A stretch of DNA of 64,000 nucleotides from an uncultured Planctomycetaceae bacterium (GTDB lineage: Bacteria > Planctomycetota > Planctomycetia > Isosphaerales > Isosphaeraceae): NCBI GenBank assembly GCA_963833985.1, contig CAWIAD010000002.1, positions 6,272,001 to 6,336,000 of the forward strand, written 5' to 3'. This document shows positions 32,201 through 42,424 of the stretch, one piece after another (position 1 is the stretch's first letter; each line of letters begins with the position of its first letter). The notes beneath the pieces are model-generated. The model was given only the letters and a program-made list of their open reading frames with translations. It searched no databases and had not been told where the DNA came from. The position numbers were made by a program, and so were the translations under genes.

Positions 32201-32300
32201 TACCCAATACCGAGGACCCAGCCTTGGCCCCGGCACCAGCAACACAGGAAAACCTGCCCCCTCTACGTCGTCCGAGCCAGCGCAGGGCGCCGGCCGGTAA
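29274..32300 (+). CDS. TolC-like outer membrane efflux protein (long planctomycete type)
   Basis: Lipobox-like AVGSQAGC and Pro-rich linker. QPFLRGGGRAV.LENLTQAER and ALEYRLDLMN motifs. First gene of an export operon. Confidence 0.8.
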   Translation: MFRNRNQRSAAISRRFRRGAMLALLAVGSQAGCTREFFRDWANQDAAEAVFEKSRDPRWRLDAFSIEPPAMSRFASPYDPEFPPAPPDDPTAEALSPVPQWPDNRLIVPAEGTGYIDMMEGWMQERDAARARGEIKSLIYAEPGKGGRRGTPQPFKPAPVDQPMQSSGPVQPPVTPSPFAPGGMAPGNTPAGVGSGTAAPRPSPLSVPVTPPPGGAVTPGGSAPASPGSAGPQASSTARNRSLNSGTGARGSSPILLASASSGEKKKSIPPPRPAASFDLAASGRGRGNRDASVQRAAGQAVPPQGSTSPVPAVEGAQRPQVQPNSEGLTPRPFIPLDSKTHEEQMSEETRREVNRIIPGGPASAGSLTQEQAAELSGVLIPRIPRFNVAAAAGLPRNANPYVLTLQQAFTLALINARVYQLQLETLYNSALAVALQRFAFEPQFYAGMSPTTAPIGRGFPGVSPINQWLYQTRTAPGGQISTLTMGEVAGFGKLFNSGGQLLAGFANQLVFNFVGKNPIQPTVQSSLPLTFMQPFLRGGGRAVTLENLTQAERSLLYQVRTFAKFRQEFIVDMLTGGTISQPGVGFALQGFSTAGNTDPTLGFIPTAQNFAQVLIDLKNVAYFEQLASLYEQLIEGESSGLSQLQVDQVRSNVVTARASLINDILTLRNSNDSFKQQLGLPPDTPVVPDLSLYQPYLDVFAQIDEWQRSPKRKLEDVPKLVESIPQLQDIVLDGHSIIGMYRNSTTYDNEEDLEATLQAAVRIALEYRLDLMNTRAQLYDAWRKIRVAANALKGILNVTLTNQVFTPPTTTNPFGFFSQAKQFSLVLNAELPLIRVTERNAFRQAIIAYEQERRALMSQEDFIKNQLRSDIRSMQVTYIQYEITKRNLILNIRLKDQAFEQIIAPPQATTGQGLAQTANAATQTTNLIGFQRTLISSEQALTTAFQNFQLARLIVYRDIGTLPYDEWEAFSEIFPTQYRGPSLGPGTSNTGKPAPSTSSEPAQGAGR

Positions 32301-34098
32301 GCTGATCGCGGTCGGGCTGGCGAGCCTGCTGGCCGTGGGCGGGATCACGGTCCTGAGCGTCCCCGGCCTGAGCAAGCCGATCCGCGGCTTCTTCGCCACG
32401 CCCGACACGGACATCGTGCCTTACGAGGTCAAGCCGGTGGCCCTGCCGATCACCGTCAGCGACAAGGGCCAGCTCGAAAGCTCGAAGAACCAGGACGTGA
32501 TGTCACAGGTCGAGGGCTCGACGACAATCATCACGATCCTGGCCGAGGGAACCAAGGTCAAGAAGGGCGACCTGGTCTGCGAGCTGGACTCGGCCTCGCT
32601 GCGTGATAGCCTGACGAACCAGAAGATCGCCACCCAGGGGGCCGAGGCGTCGTTCCAGAACGCCAAGCTCACCCGCGAGGTCGCCGAGATCGCCGTGAAA
32701 GAGTACGAGGAAGGCATCTTCCTCCAGGACAAGGCGACCTGCGAGGGCGAGATCAAGCTCGCCGAGTCGGACCTGGCGCGGGCGGCTGACCGCGTCGACT
32801 GGGCCAACCGGATGTACGAGAAGGGTTACGTGTCCAAGGCCCAGAAGATCTCCGAGGAGCTCAACTTCCAGAAAGCCAAGTTTGCTCTCGAACAGGCCCA
32901 GAGCAAGCTCAACGTGCTGCTCAACTTCACCAAGGGCAAGACCATCAAGGAGCTGCGCAGCGAGGTGGAGAAGGCCCGCTCCGACGAGCTGGCCAAGGAG
33001 CAGACCTACCAGCTTGAAAAGACCAAGGAAGCCAAGCTGGTCAAGCAAATCACCAACTGCAAGCTGTTCGCGCCGGGAGACGGCATCGTGGTCTACGCCA
33101 ACGACGCCAGCCGCAACTTCGGCAGCACGGCCCCGCAGATCGAGGAAGGGGCGACCGTCCGCGAGCGCCAGAAGATTTTCAGCCTGCCGGACATCACCCG
33201 GATGCAGGTCAACGCCAAGATACATGAGTCGCAGATCAACAAGATCACCAGCGGCATGAAGGCGAAGATCCGCGTCGACTCGTTCGCCGACACCGAGCTG
33301 GACGGTACGGTGCTGGACGTGGCCCCGCTGCCCGATCCGACCAGCTTCTTCAGCTCGGATGTGAAGGTGTACACGACCCACGTGAAGATTGACAACCCGC
33401 TCTCCGGGCTGCGTCCCGGCATGAACGCCGAGGTGACCATCCTGGTCGACCGCAAGGAGAACGTGCTCAGCGTTCCGGTACAGGCCATTCTCGAATACGG
33501 CGGCAAGGACCACATCGCGGTCCGGACCCCCAACGGTTTCGAGCGCCGCGAGGTCGAGCTGGGGGTGACCAACGAGAAATACGTGGAAATCACCAAGGGT
33601 GCCACGGCCGGGATGATCGTGGCCATGAACCCGATCACCCTGATCTCCGAGAGCGAGAAGCGGGAACTCTTCGGTGTCGACGGCAAGGCGGCCAGCAAGA
33701 AGGACTGGTCCAACCTGGCCAGTAAGGGTGCCGATACCGCCGCTGGTCCGGCCGACGCGGCCAAGGGCGGTGCGGGCGCCGCCGGCAAGGGCGACCTGGC
33801 CGCCGCCAAGCCTGGCGACCCGGCCAAGGCCAAGGCCAAGGCCAAGGGAGCGCGTGGCAGAGGGGCCGGTGGCGGGTTCGCGGCCTTCGGTGCCAAGTTC
33901 CAGAAAATCCCGGCCGAAGATCGGGCCAAGCTCAAGTCCGCCAGCCCCGAAGAGCGTGAGGAGATTCTCAGGAAAGCCGGCTTCACCGACGAAGAGCTGG
34001 AGCAGATGCGGCAGATGCGTGCCGGTGGTGGTGGCGGCCGCGGGGGCCCCCCCGGCGGCGGTGGCTTTGGCGGTGGCCCGGGAGGCGGGGGAAACTAG
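32170..34098 (+). CDS. Efflux periplasmic adaptor (HlyD/MacA-like MFP)
   Basis: TM anchor, EGTKVKKGDLVCELD, coiled coil, APGDGIVVY and LRPGMNAEV motifs. Confidence 0.88.
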   Translation: MNGRLSVKFSLPNTEDPALAPAPATQENLPPLRRPSQRRAPAGKLIAVGLASLLAVGGITVLSVPGLSKPIRGFFATPDTDIVPYEVKPVALPITVSDKGQLESSKNQDVMSQVEGSTTIITILAEGTKVKKGDLVCELDSASLRDSLTNQKIATQGAEASFQNAKLTREVAEIAVKEYEEGIFLQDKATCEGEIKLAESDLARAADRVDWANRMYEKGYVSKAQKISEELNFQKAKFALEQAQSKLNVLLNFTKGKTIKELRSEVEKARSDELAKEQTYQLEKTKEAKLVKQITNCKLFAPGDGIVVYANDASRNFGSTAPQIEEGATVRERQKIFSLPDITRMQVNAKIHESQINKITSGMKAKIRVDSFADTELDGTVLDVAPLPDPTSFFSSDVKVYTTHVKIDNPLSGLRPGMNAEVTILVDRKENVLSVPVQAILEYGGKDHIAVRTPNGFERREVELGVTNEKYVEITKGATAGMIVAMNPITLISESEKRELFGVDGKAASKKDWSNLASKGADTAAGPADAAKGGAGAAGKGDLAAAKPGDPAKAKAKAKGARGRGAGGGFAAFGAKFQKIPAEDRAKLKSASPEEREEILRKAGFTDEELEQMRQMRAGGGGGRGGPPGGGGFGGGPGGGGN

Positions 34099-34100
34099 TC

Positions 34101-34922
34101 GTGGATTTCAGCTCAAATAACGGTTCCGCTTCGGCACGGCCGATCGTCAGCCTGGTCGACGTGACGAAGACGTACGTGATGGGTCATGCCAAGGCCTCCG
34201 GCAGCGGCCGGCGCGGGCCTTCCACCACGGTCACGGTCCACGCCCTGCGGGGCGTGACCGTGGATATCTATCCCGGCGAGTACATCGCCATCATGGGAGC
34301 GTCCGGCTCAGGCAAGAGCACCATGCTCAACCTGCTGGGCTGTCTTGACCGCCCGACCAGCGGACAGTACCTGCTCGGCGGACGCGATGTCTCGCGGCTC
34401 GATGATGACGACCTGTCCGAGGTCCGCAGCCGCTACCTCGGCTTCATCTTCCAGTCGTACAACCTCATCGCCCAGTACACGGTCATCGAGAACATCCAGC
34501 TCCCGCTCACCTACCAGGGAACCGGCGAGCTCGGCAAGGAGGCCAATGACCGGGCCGCCCAGCTTGCCGGCATGGTGGGGCTGGCCGATCGTCTCGATCA
34601 CCGGCCCACGCAACTCTCCGGCGGCCAGCAGCAACGCGTCGCCATCGCCCGATCGCTCATCAACGACCCGTACATCATCCTGGCCGACGAGGCGACCGGC
34701 AATCTCGACACCAAGACCAGCGAAGAAATCATGGAGATGCTCGGCAAGCTCAATGAATCGGGCAAGACCATCATCATGGTCACGCACGAGCAGGACATTG
34801 CCGATCACGCCAAGCGGGTCATCCGCATGCAGGACGGCCTGATCATCGAGGACCGTCCGGGCCAGCGGTTCCTCAAGGCGCAGCAGGCCAAAACAGCCCT
34901 GGTGGGAAGCGCGGAGAACTAA
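34101..34922 (+). CDS. ABC transporter ATP-binding protein (MacB/LolD-like)
   Basis: [33 protein letters not shown] and VTHE motifs. Confidence 0.93.
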   Translation: MDFSSNNGSASARPIVSLVDVTKTYVMGHAKASGSGRRGPSTTVTVHALRGVTVDIYPGEYIAIMGASGSGKSTMLNLLGCLDRPTSGQYLLGGRDVSRLDDDDLSEVRSRYLGFIFQSYNLIAQYTVIENIQLPLTYQGTGELGKEANDRAAQLAGMVGLADRLDHRPTQLSGGQQQRVAIARSLINDPYIILADEATGNLDTKTSEEIMEMLGKLNESGKTIIMVTHEQDIADHAKRVIRMQDGLIIEDRPGQRFLKAQQAKTALVGSAEN

Positions 34923-35089
34923 CGAGCCCTCCGGGCGTTGCGTTGCGAACCGGAAACCGCGGGGCGGCACCGGCACGCCATGGTCATCAAGCCCGCGGGG
35001 CCACGCGTCAGAATCCAGGGCCGCTCACGCCGGGCCGCCTGACTCCATCGCCTTTGACTCGATCCGACTCCGGAGAGGACTAGGTTCCC

Positions 35090-36367
35090 ATGGGACGCAT
35101 CTGGCGAGCGCTCAAGCTCGGAATGAAAAGCTTGCTCCTGCACAAGCTTCGCTCGGGGCTGACGGTGCTGGGCATCGTCTTCGGCGTGGCCGCGGTGATC
35201 TCGATGCTGGCCATAGCCGAGGGGTCCAGCCGCGAGGCCCAGGAGAGGATTCGCGCCCTGGGAGCAACCAACATCATCGTCCGCTCCGTCAAGCCCAGCG
35301 ACGAGGCGCAGGCCAGCGCCGGCCGGCCCGCCCGCATCCTCAACTACGGGCTCAAGTATTCCGACTACGAGCGTATCCTGGAGACGGTGCCCACGATCCG
35401 CAAGGTCCTGCCCATCCGGGAGATCCGCAAGGGAATCCGGCGCTACCAGTACAACCTGGACGGTCGGGTGGTGGGTACCACACACGAGTATGCCGAGTTC
35501 AACATGCTCGAGGTCGATCGGGGCCGCTTTCTGACCGCGGCCGACAACGAAAAATACCAGAACTACGCCGTGCTCGCCGCCACCACGGCCAAGACCCTCT
35601 TTCCGTATGAGGACCCCGTCGGTCAGGCGGTGAAGCTGGGAAGCGATTATTACACGGTCGTGGGTGTGACCAAGGAGCGGCAGAGCTCCGCGGGCATTGG
35701 CTCCAGTCTCTCCGCGCAGGACTTCAACAAGGACGTGTACATTCCGCTGAATACCTGCAAGGTGCGGTTTGGCGAGAAGATCGTCAACAGCCGTTCCGGC
35801 TCGATGGAAGCCGAGGAGACCCAGCTCTCGCAGATCACCCTTCAGGTGGGCTCGATCGAGCAGGTCCGGCCCACGGTCCCCATCATCAAGGCCGCTTACG
35901 AGCCCTGGCACCCGCGCAAGGATGTGGAGATGACCGTCCCATACGACCTGCTGGTGGCTGCCCAGCAGACGGCCCGCCAGTTCAGCATCATCCTGGGAAC
36001 CATCGCCGCGATCTCGCTGCTGGTGGGCGGCATCGGCATCATGAACATCATGCTCGCCACGGTGACCGAGCGCACCCGGGAGATCGGCATCCGCCGCGCC
36101 CTGGGCGCCAAGCGCCGCGACATCACCCAGCAGTTCCTCATCGAGACGGTCGTGCTCTCGGGCGTTGGTGGCATCCTGGGCGTGACCATGGGGATCGCCA
36201 TTCCTCAGATCATCGTCTACTTCATTCCGGACCAGAAGGCCTTCGTCACGCCGGCCTCGGTGATGCTGGCATTTGGCATCTCCGTCTTCATCGGCATTCT
36301 CTTCGGCCTCTACCCGGCCCGCCGCGCTGCCCTCATGGACCCGATCGAGGCGCTGCGGCACGAGTGA
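35090..36367 (+). CDS. ABC transporter permease (MacB/FtsX-like)
   Basis: LRSGLTVLGIVFGV, GGIGIMNIMLATVTERTREIGIRRALGA and YPARRAA..DPIEALR motifs. Confidence 0.93.
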   Translation: MGRIWRALKLGMKSLLLHKLRSGLTVLGIVFGVAAVISMLAIAEGSSREAQERIRALGATNIIVRSVKPSDEAQASAGRPARILNYGLKYSDYERILETVPTIRKVLPIREIRKGIRRYQYNLDGRVVGTTHEYAEFNMLEVDRGRFLTAADNEKYQNYAVLAATTAKTLFPYEDPVGQAVKLGSDYYTVVGVTKERQSSAGIGSSLSAQDFNKDVYIPLNTCKVRFGEKIVNSRSGSMEAEETQLSQITLQVGSIEQVRPTVPIIKAAYEPWHPRKDVEMTVPYDLLVAAQQTARQFSIILGTIAAISLLVGGIGIMNIMLATVTERTREIGIRRALGAKRRDITQQFLIETVVLSGVGGILGVTMGIAIPQIIVYFIPDQKAFVTPASVMLAFGISVFIGILFGLYPARRAALMDPIEALRHE

Positions 36368-36838
36368 TCCGCTTCCGTGTCAGTCATGGCAAAGAAGGTC
36401 TTCACTTCATTCCTGGACGCCGAGCGCGGGGGTCCGGCCCAGCGCACTCAAGCCCTTGGCTTCTTCGAAGTTGGGCTTGCGTCCCCAAAAACCGAAGACT
36501 AGTCTTGAACGATCGTCCGTTAGAATTGAGCGCGACATCGGGCCCTCCGGAGTCGCGTTTTTTTCTTCGATCCACGATGCGGTCGCAGAGCGATCGTGAC
36601 GGTGGCGGTTGGAGGTTGCCTCGTTTCCTTCAATTCCCGAAAAACGGCAGATCATGCACCGCGGACGGCAAGCACGCCCGATTCCGCCTCTCCGAAATGC
36701 TCCCCGCAATGACAGAGCCGGATCCCGGTCGACCTGATCGACCGGACCGTGGAGCATTTGAGGCCCCGCAGGGTGCTTGAGAGGGTCGACTCGCGATTGC
36801 GTGATGTGGCTCTTGGTTGGCAGAGGGAGCAGATCGGG

Positions 36839-37318
36839 ATGACCAGCGAACGAATTCCGATGTCGAAGGAGGGCTACGAGAAGCTCAAGGCCCAGCTCGA
36901 CAATATGAAGCACGACGAGATGCCCCGAATTGCCGAGCAGATCGCGCAGGCGAGGGGTTATGGAGACCTCTCCGAAAACGCTGAGTTCGACGCGGCCGTC
37001 GAGGCCCAGGGTATGCTCCAGGCCAAGATCAATGACCTCCAGGACAAGCTGGGCCGTGCCTTCATCGTCGACAAGACGACCATGCCCACAGACCGCGTCG
37101 TCTTCGGCTCCAAGGTTCGGGTCCTCGATCTCGATCTCAACGAGGAAGAAGACTTCACCCTGGTCGGTCCCGGCGACGAGGATTACGACCAGAACAAGAT
37201 CCTGCTCACCAGCCCCATCGGCCAGGGATTGGTCGGCAAGAAGGTCGGAGATCAGGTCGAGGTGCCCATTCCGCGCGGCACGCTCAAGCTCAAGATCGTC
37301 GAGATCGGTGTGGATTGA
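36839..37318 (+). CDS. greA: Transcription elongation factor GreA
   Basis: PMSKEGYEKL, ARGYGDLSENAEFDAA and SPIGQGL.GKKVGD motifs. Confidence 0.93.
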   Translation: MTSERIPMSKEGYEKLKAQLDNMKHDEMPRIAEQIAQARGYGDLSENAEFDAAVEAQGMLQAKINDLQDKLGRAFIVDKTTMPTDRVVFGSKVRVLDLDLNEEEDFTLVGPGDEDYDQNKILLTSPIGQGLVGKKVGDQVEVPIPRGTLKLKIVEIGVD

Positions 37319-37373
37319 CAGCTCCGCCGCTCCACCAGACGCCAGTAATCCTGCGCAACGCGTCGGCCGCTCT

Positions 37374-38116
37374 TCAACCCGGGCGTTCCGGCTGCCTGAT
37401 TCGCCCGCCGTCTTCGAAGCGAGCCCATGTATCAGGCGGCTCCGCCGTCAGCTCCAGCGCAGTGCCCGCGATCGGATGCCGTAATGCAAGCCGATATGCG
37501 TGCAGTGCAATGCCCTGGGGAAAAGGCTGGGTTGAGCCATAGTTGAGGTCGCCCAGGATCGGTAACCCGCGGGCGGCGGCCTGGACCCGAAGCTGGTGGG
37601 TCCGCCCGGTCTCGGGCCAGAGCCGCAACCGCGCGCATTCCGCCTCCGGACCCTGCACCCGCTCCAGCCGGAACCGCGTGACTGCCTGACGCGCTCGCGC
37701 GCTTCCCTCTGGCACGCACCGCACCACCCCGGAGACTCCGGCCGGGGCGAGCCAGTCAATCCAGGTACCGTGATCCGGCCAGTCGCCGATATCCTGCCGC
37801 GTGCCGGCTTCGCCGGAAGGGCAGCCGGCCAGCTCGGCGATGGCCCAGTATTCCTTCGTGACCGTCCTGCGCTGGAACTGGAGAGAGAGCCGCGCGCGGC
37901 CCGGGGATTCTTCGCCCACATCAGGAGCCCGGACACGGGGCGGTCCAGGCGATGGACGATGCCCACGTAGACCGTCGCCGGACTCTCCGGATCAAGGTGG
38001 GCACGCACTTCCTGTTCGAGCGTCTGCTCGCCCGGCGGAGCCCACGTTCCCTGGGTGAACTGGCCGGCCGGTTTCACGACCGCCAGGCAATGCTCATCCT
38101 CGAACACGAGATTCAC
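37374..38116 (-). CDS. RluA family pseudouridine synthase (frameshift near 37900)
   Basis: VVKPAG and VHRLDRPVSG in one frame. KEYWA, TGRTHQLRVQ, PILGD..YG and IALHA in the next. Confidence 0.88.
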
Positions 38117-38179
38117 GGTCAGTCCCGAGGAATCCAGAAGGTGCCAGGGCGCCGGGCCAGGTCGAGAGAAAACGGAGGC

Positions 38180-38671
38180 TCAAGGATAGGCGCCGCCCAT
38201 TGAATTCTTCGTACCTTGAACACCCGGGTCCTTGGCCACCTCCTGAGAGGCGGACGGCAAGGCCTTGAGCAGCGCGTTGGCAAGCGACGACGACCCGCCC
38301 TCCGAGGACGCGCCGCCGACGGCAGTGCCGGGCGGGCCGTACTGGTGGTCGGTGGGCAAGCCCAGTGTGGCAGGCCCCTGCGTGGGCGTGCCCAGGACCA
38401 TATCCGTCGGATTCGCGGGGCCGCTCTGTCCATCGGGCAACATCCCTCCCGGGCCGTTGTTCCCGTAGAGACTGGCCATTCCGCTCGCCACGCTGGGATG
38501 TGGGTCCATGTTGAAGCCCACCGGTGGTGCCCCTCCCGTCGTCTGGTAGGGCTTCCCCGGCGGCACCTCGCTGTGAGGGCTCCGGCAGCCCTCCGCGCAG
38601 CAGAGTCCAACAACCGTCACCAGGCCCGTGGTGCCTGCCATGATACGGTGTATGAGCCGATCCATCGGCAT
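38180..38671 (-). CDS. Hypothetical Gly/Pro-rich lipoprotein
   Basis: Hydrophobic leader ending EGC. AGGAGA SD upstream. Confidence 0.6.
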   Translation of the reverse strand: MPMDRLIHRIMAGTTGLVTVVGLCCAEGCRSPHSEVPPGKPYQTTGGAPPVGFNMDPHPSVASGMASLYGNNGPGGMLPDGQSGPANPTDMVLGTPTQGPATLGLPTDHQYGPPGTAVGGASSEGGSSSLANALLKALPSASQEVAKDPGVQGTKNSMGGAYP

Positions 38672-39011
38672 GATCTCCTGACGAAGTGAACCTGCGGATA
38701 CCGGCAGAAGCCAACCCGCCAGTGTTCAGGGACCTGGCGAGGCAGGGATCCGTCGAGACTCCTGGGAAGCACGGAACCGGTCGCTGAGCACTCACGGGGC
38801 GGAAGGGTGTGGCAATGTCCCGTGGCGCAGCAGGCCGGTCGAAAGGGGCTGGACTTGAGGCGCCCTTCGCGCGCTCGATCCCGGAGTTGCGGATCATAGC
38901 TTCGCGGCCGGACGCGTCAAGTCCTGCCCGGCGGGCCCGTCCCTCCGGAGCCCGCGCCGGACGGCACCTGCCCGAGAGAGAAAGACCTGGGGACGAACCG
39001 GGGACCGCACG

Positions 39012-39629
39012 TCACCGCTTGGCGGCGGCGAACCGGTGGTCCACCTCTTCCCAGTTCACGGTATTCCACCACGCGGAGATGTAATCGGGCCGGCGGTTCT
39101 GATACTTCAGGTAGTAGGCGTGCTCCCACACGTCGCAGCCAAGCAGCGGAGTCAATCCATCCATGATGGGACTGTCCTGGTTCGCTGTCGAGGTCACCGC
39201 GAGCTTGCCATCCTTGCCCAGGACCAGCCAGGCCCATCCCGAGCCGAATCGCGTGGCGCCCGCCTTGGAGAACGCGTCCTTGAACGAGGCGAAACCGCCC
39301 AGCTCGCTGGTGATGGCACTGGCCAGAGCTCCGGTGGGCTCGCCGCCTCCGCCCGGCTTCATGATCTGCCAGAAGAGTGAATGGTTGGCGTGGCCGCCGC
39401 CATTGTTGCGGACGGCCGTGCGGATGTTCTCGGGCAGCGCGCTCAGGTTGCTGATGAGGGCCTCAATCGTCTTTCCCTGGTGGTCGGGGTGGTCCTTCAA
39501 GGCCGCGTTCAGGTTGTTGACATACGCCGCGTGATGCTTGTCATGGTGAATCTCCATGGTCTTCGCATCGATGTGAGGCTCCAGAGCACCGAAGTCGTAA
39601 GGCAGGGGAGGCAAGGTGTAATCGGCCAC
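39012..39629 (-). CDS. sodA: Fe/Mn superoxide dismutase (Mn-type signature)
   Basis: [42 protein letters not shown] and DVWEHAYY motifs. GTG start with AGGAG SD. Confidence 0.93.
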   Translation of the reverse strand: MADYTLPPLPYDFGALEPHIDAKTMEIHHDKHHAAYVNNLNAALKDHPDHQGKTIEALISNLSALPENIRTAVRNNGGGHANHSLFWQIMKPGGGGEPTGALASAITSELGGFASFKDAFSKAGATRFGSGWAWLVLGKDGKLAVTSTANQDSPIMDGLTPLLGCDVWEHAYYLKYQNRRPDYISAWWNTVNWEEVDHRFAAAKR

Positions 39630-40164
39630 GGTGTCGCTCCTCTTCGGGATTCGAATGTCATTCGCAGGGCTGCCTCGGGCAGCTCTGCGGTCCAGGGAGG
39701 CGCCGCGCTGGTTGGCGGTCGCCAGTCCTACCCGCACAAACTACCACACAGCGGCTGAATCGTTCAAATGGCGCCAAACCGAACAACCGAGCCGGACCGG
39801 CAAGGCCCCGCTCAGGCGGGAACCTGCGCGCTGGCCCAGGCCAAGCCGGGGCAGCGGATCCAGGTAATTCACGAGCTGCGCGAAACCGGCGGCGTGGGGC
39901 CGGTGCATGACGCAAAAAAGGCCACGAAGGCCCCGAATCGCCAGCCGGTGCGGGGCTGGTTGACGCTGATATTCCGGGGGACCGTGCGAATCGGGACGTT
40001 GACCGCCGGCTCCCATGGCCGATAATAGGTGGCTGGGTGTTTCTGGTTTCGACCACGACCGATCCATCGCATCGATCTGGTCTTGCCCGCCGAAGACACT
40101 GCTCCTGCCTGGGCCCAGATCGGCACGGTCGAACCCGCTCGGGATTCTCGAATTCCAGGTTTTG

Positions 40165-42201
40165 ATGACGATGTCCAAGCAACTCGCTCTCGGCACTGAA
40201 GACGTCCTCGACGCACCCAGGCCACGCCGTCGGCTGGGCGGATATCTCACCATGCTGGCCGCGCTTGCGGCCGTGGGAGGGGCCGGCTGGGCATGGGAGA
40301 GCGGATACCGGCCGCCTTTTCTCGGGGACTCTCCGTCCGGCCCCGCGCTCGAACTCGTGGAGGTCGACCAGGGCGACGTGATCGAGTTCGTCGTCGAGAA
40401 CGGCACGATGGAGAGCGCGACCAACACGGTGGTTCGCTGTGAGGTCGAGGCGCTCATGGGCATGGTCGGCGGCAGCACAGGCAGCACCGGAGCCGCCGGA
40501 TCAAGCACGTCCGGCACGTCTGGCACCGGCACCACCGCGGGGGCTTCGGGAACCGGCACGTCCCAGGGCTCGACCGCATCAGGGAGTTCTGGGGCCGACA
40601 CCAGCGGGGCAGCCTCGGCGAAGGCCAAGTCGAAGGCCGGCACAAGCAAGACCGGTTCCGCCAAGAGCGGCAGCGCATCGGGATCGACCGGCAGCGCCAG
40701 TTCGAGCAGTGGCTCCTCGAGCTCCAGCGCATCGAGCGGTTCGTCCTCATCCGCTTCATCCGGCTCCACCAGCGCGTCGAAAAAGCCAACGATCCGCAGC
40801 TTCACCTACTCCGTCACCAAGCACACGCCGCTCCGCGGCGCCAGCACCAAGAGCACCACCACCACCGCGGCCAAGGGCGCTGCGGATCAATCGGCCGGCG
40901 GCGGTGGAGGCGGTGGCCGTGGTGGCCGTGGTGGCCGGGGCGGGCGTGGTGGCCGTGGTGGTGGCAGCATGATGGAGGAAGAAAAGCCGGGCTCGACGCG
41001 CATCGTGTCGATACTCCCCGAAGGCTCAGAGGTGAAGAAGGGCGACATCGTCTGCCAGCTCGACTCCTCGGCCTTCACCGACGAGCTCCAGGCGCAGCAG
41101 GTTCGCTGGCTGAAGGCCAAGGCGTGGGTCGACCAGGCGAAGTCCATCCTCGAGGTCAGCGAGATCAGCCTGCGCGAGTACCGGGACGGTATCTACCCTG
41201 AGGATTTGCAGCTCATTCGCCAGTACATCCAGACCTGCCGGATCGAGAAAGACCGGGCCGAGCGCAACCTGGTCTGGTCGCGCGACATGTACCAGAAGGG
41301 CTATCGGACCTCGGCGCAGCTCAAGGCCGACGGGCTGAACGATCAGCAGGCAGAGATCGCCCTGCGAGAAGCCGAGGGAATGCTTGTGCGGCTGGACAAG
41401 TTCACCGGGCCCAAGAACATCAAGTCGCTCGAGGCCAAGGTCAAGGCCGTCGAGTCGGACAGGAAGAACCAGGAGGCCTCTTTCCAGCTCGAGACCCAGC
41501 GCCGCGACCGCCTCAAGAAGAATATCGACCACTGCACCCTCCGTGCACCCGATGACGGTATCGTCGTCTATGTGAACGAGACCAATGGGTGGGGCCGGGT
41601 GGAGCAGCAGATCGAGCAGGGTGTCACCGTCCGCGAGGGCCAGCCGATCTTCGAGCTTCCCGATCCGAAGTTCATGCGTGTCAAGGCCCGGGTCAACGAG
41701 ACCAAGGTTGCGCTGCTGCGGACCGGGCAACGCGCCGCCATCAAGGTGGACGCCATGCCGGATCGCCTGCTGGAGGGAACGGTCGCCGAGATCACGGCCA
41801 TCTCCACTCCGGTGAACGGGCCGTTCTCGGATGTCCGGATCTACTTCGCCACGGTGAACATCGATGCAAACGACGTGAGCCTTCGCCCCGGTCTGACCGC
41901 GGAGGTGTTCTTCCGGTGCGACACGCGCACGAACGTGACCCGGGTTCCCCTCCAGGCTGTACGATCGTTCGAAGGCAAGCACTTCGTCGCCGTGCATCAA
42001 GCCTCGGCCAGAAGAGCGCGGGGGCCGGGCTGGAAGTGGCAGCGCGTCGAGCTCGGACTGAGCGACCCGACCTTCGTCGAGGTCGTCTCCGGCGTGAAGA
42101 GCGGTGAGCGCATCGTGGCCAACAGCATCGACTTGCCGGCTCCCGAACCGGTCGCGGACACGCAGGCCAACCCGGTGGCCAGTGTCAGCATGCAGCCCTG
42201 A
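40165..42201 (+). CDS. Efflux periplasmic adaptor (MFP) with a large Ser/Gly/Thr and RGG low-complexity insertion
   Basis: EGSEVKKGDIVCQLD, APDDGIVVY and LRPGLTAEV motifs. Insert spans about 40460-40980. Confidence 0.85.
   Translation: MTMSKQLALGTEDVLDAPRPRRRLGGYLTMLAALAAVGGAGWAWESGYRPPFLGDSPSGPALELVEVDQGDVIEFVVENGTMESATNTVVRCEVEALMGMVGGSTGSTGAAGSSTSGTSGTGTTAGASGTGTSQGSTASGSSGADTSGAASAKAKSKAGTSKTGSAKSGSASGSTGSASSSSGSSSSSASSGSSSSASSGSTSASKKPTIRSFTYSVTKHTPLRGASTKSTTTTAAKGAADQSAGGGGGGGRGGRGGRGGRGGRGGGSMMEEEKPGSTRIVSILPEGSEVKKGDIVCQLDSSAFTDELQAQQVRWLKAKAWVDQAKSILEVSEISLREYRDGIYPEDLQLIRQYIQTCRIEKDRAERNLVWSRDMYQKGYRTSAQLKADGLNDQQAEIALREAEGMLVRLDKFTGPKNIKSLEAKVKAVESDRKNQEASFQLETQRRDRLKKNIDHCTLRAPDDGIVVYVNETNGWGRVEQQIEQGVTVREGQPIFELPDPKFMRVKARVNETKVALLRTGQRAAIKVDAMPDRLLEGTVAEITAISTPVNGPFSDVRIYFATVNIDANDVSLRPGLTAEVFFRCDTRTNVTRVPLQAVRSFEGKHFVAVHQASARRARGPGWKWQRVELGLSDPTFVEVVSGVKSGERIVANSIDLPAPEPVADTQANPVASVSMQP
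40912..40965 (+). repeat. 9-nt tandem repeat (GGTGGCCGT)n encoding (GGR)5
   Basis: About five degenerate units inside the MFP gene. Confidence 0.7.
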
Positions 42202-42424
42202 GAACCTCGCGACGGTCTCGGCACCTGGAAACACCTGGTCTGAGCCCGCGCTCGCGCCGGCCGCACGTCGGACCCGCGGGAGCCTCATCCGGCGCCATAC
42301 GCTCTTGCCGGATGGCTGACCGGGATTTAGCCTGTTACGTCACGGGCGTCATGAGCTCCTGGCAGCCGATGCGACTTCGGGCTGCTCTCAGGTCGCCGCG
42401 CGACCACCTGGGAGCGGCTTCGCC

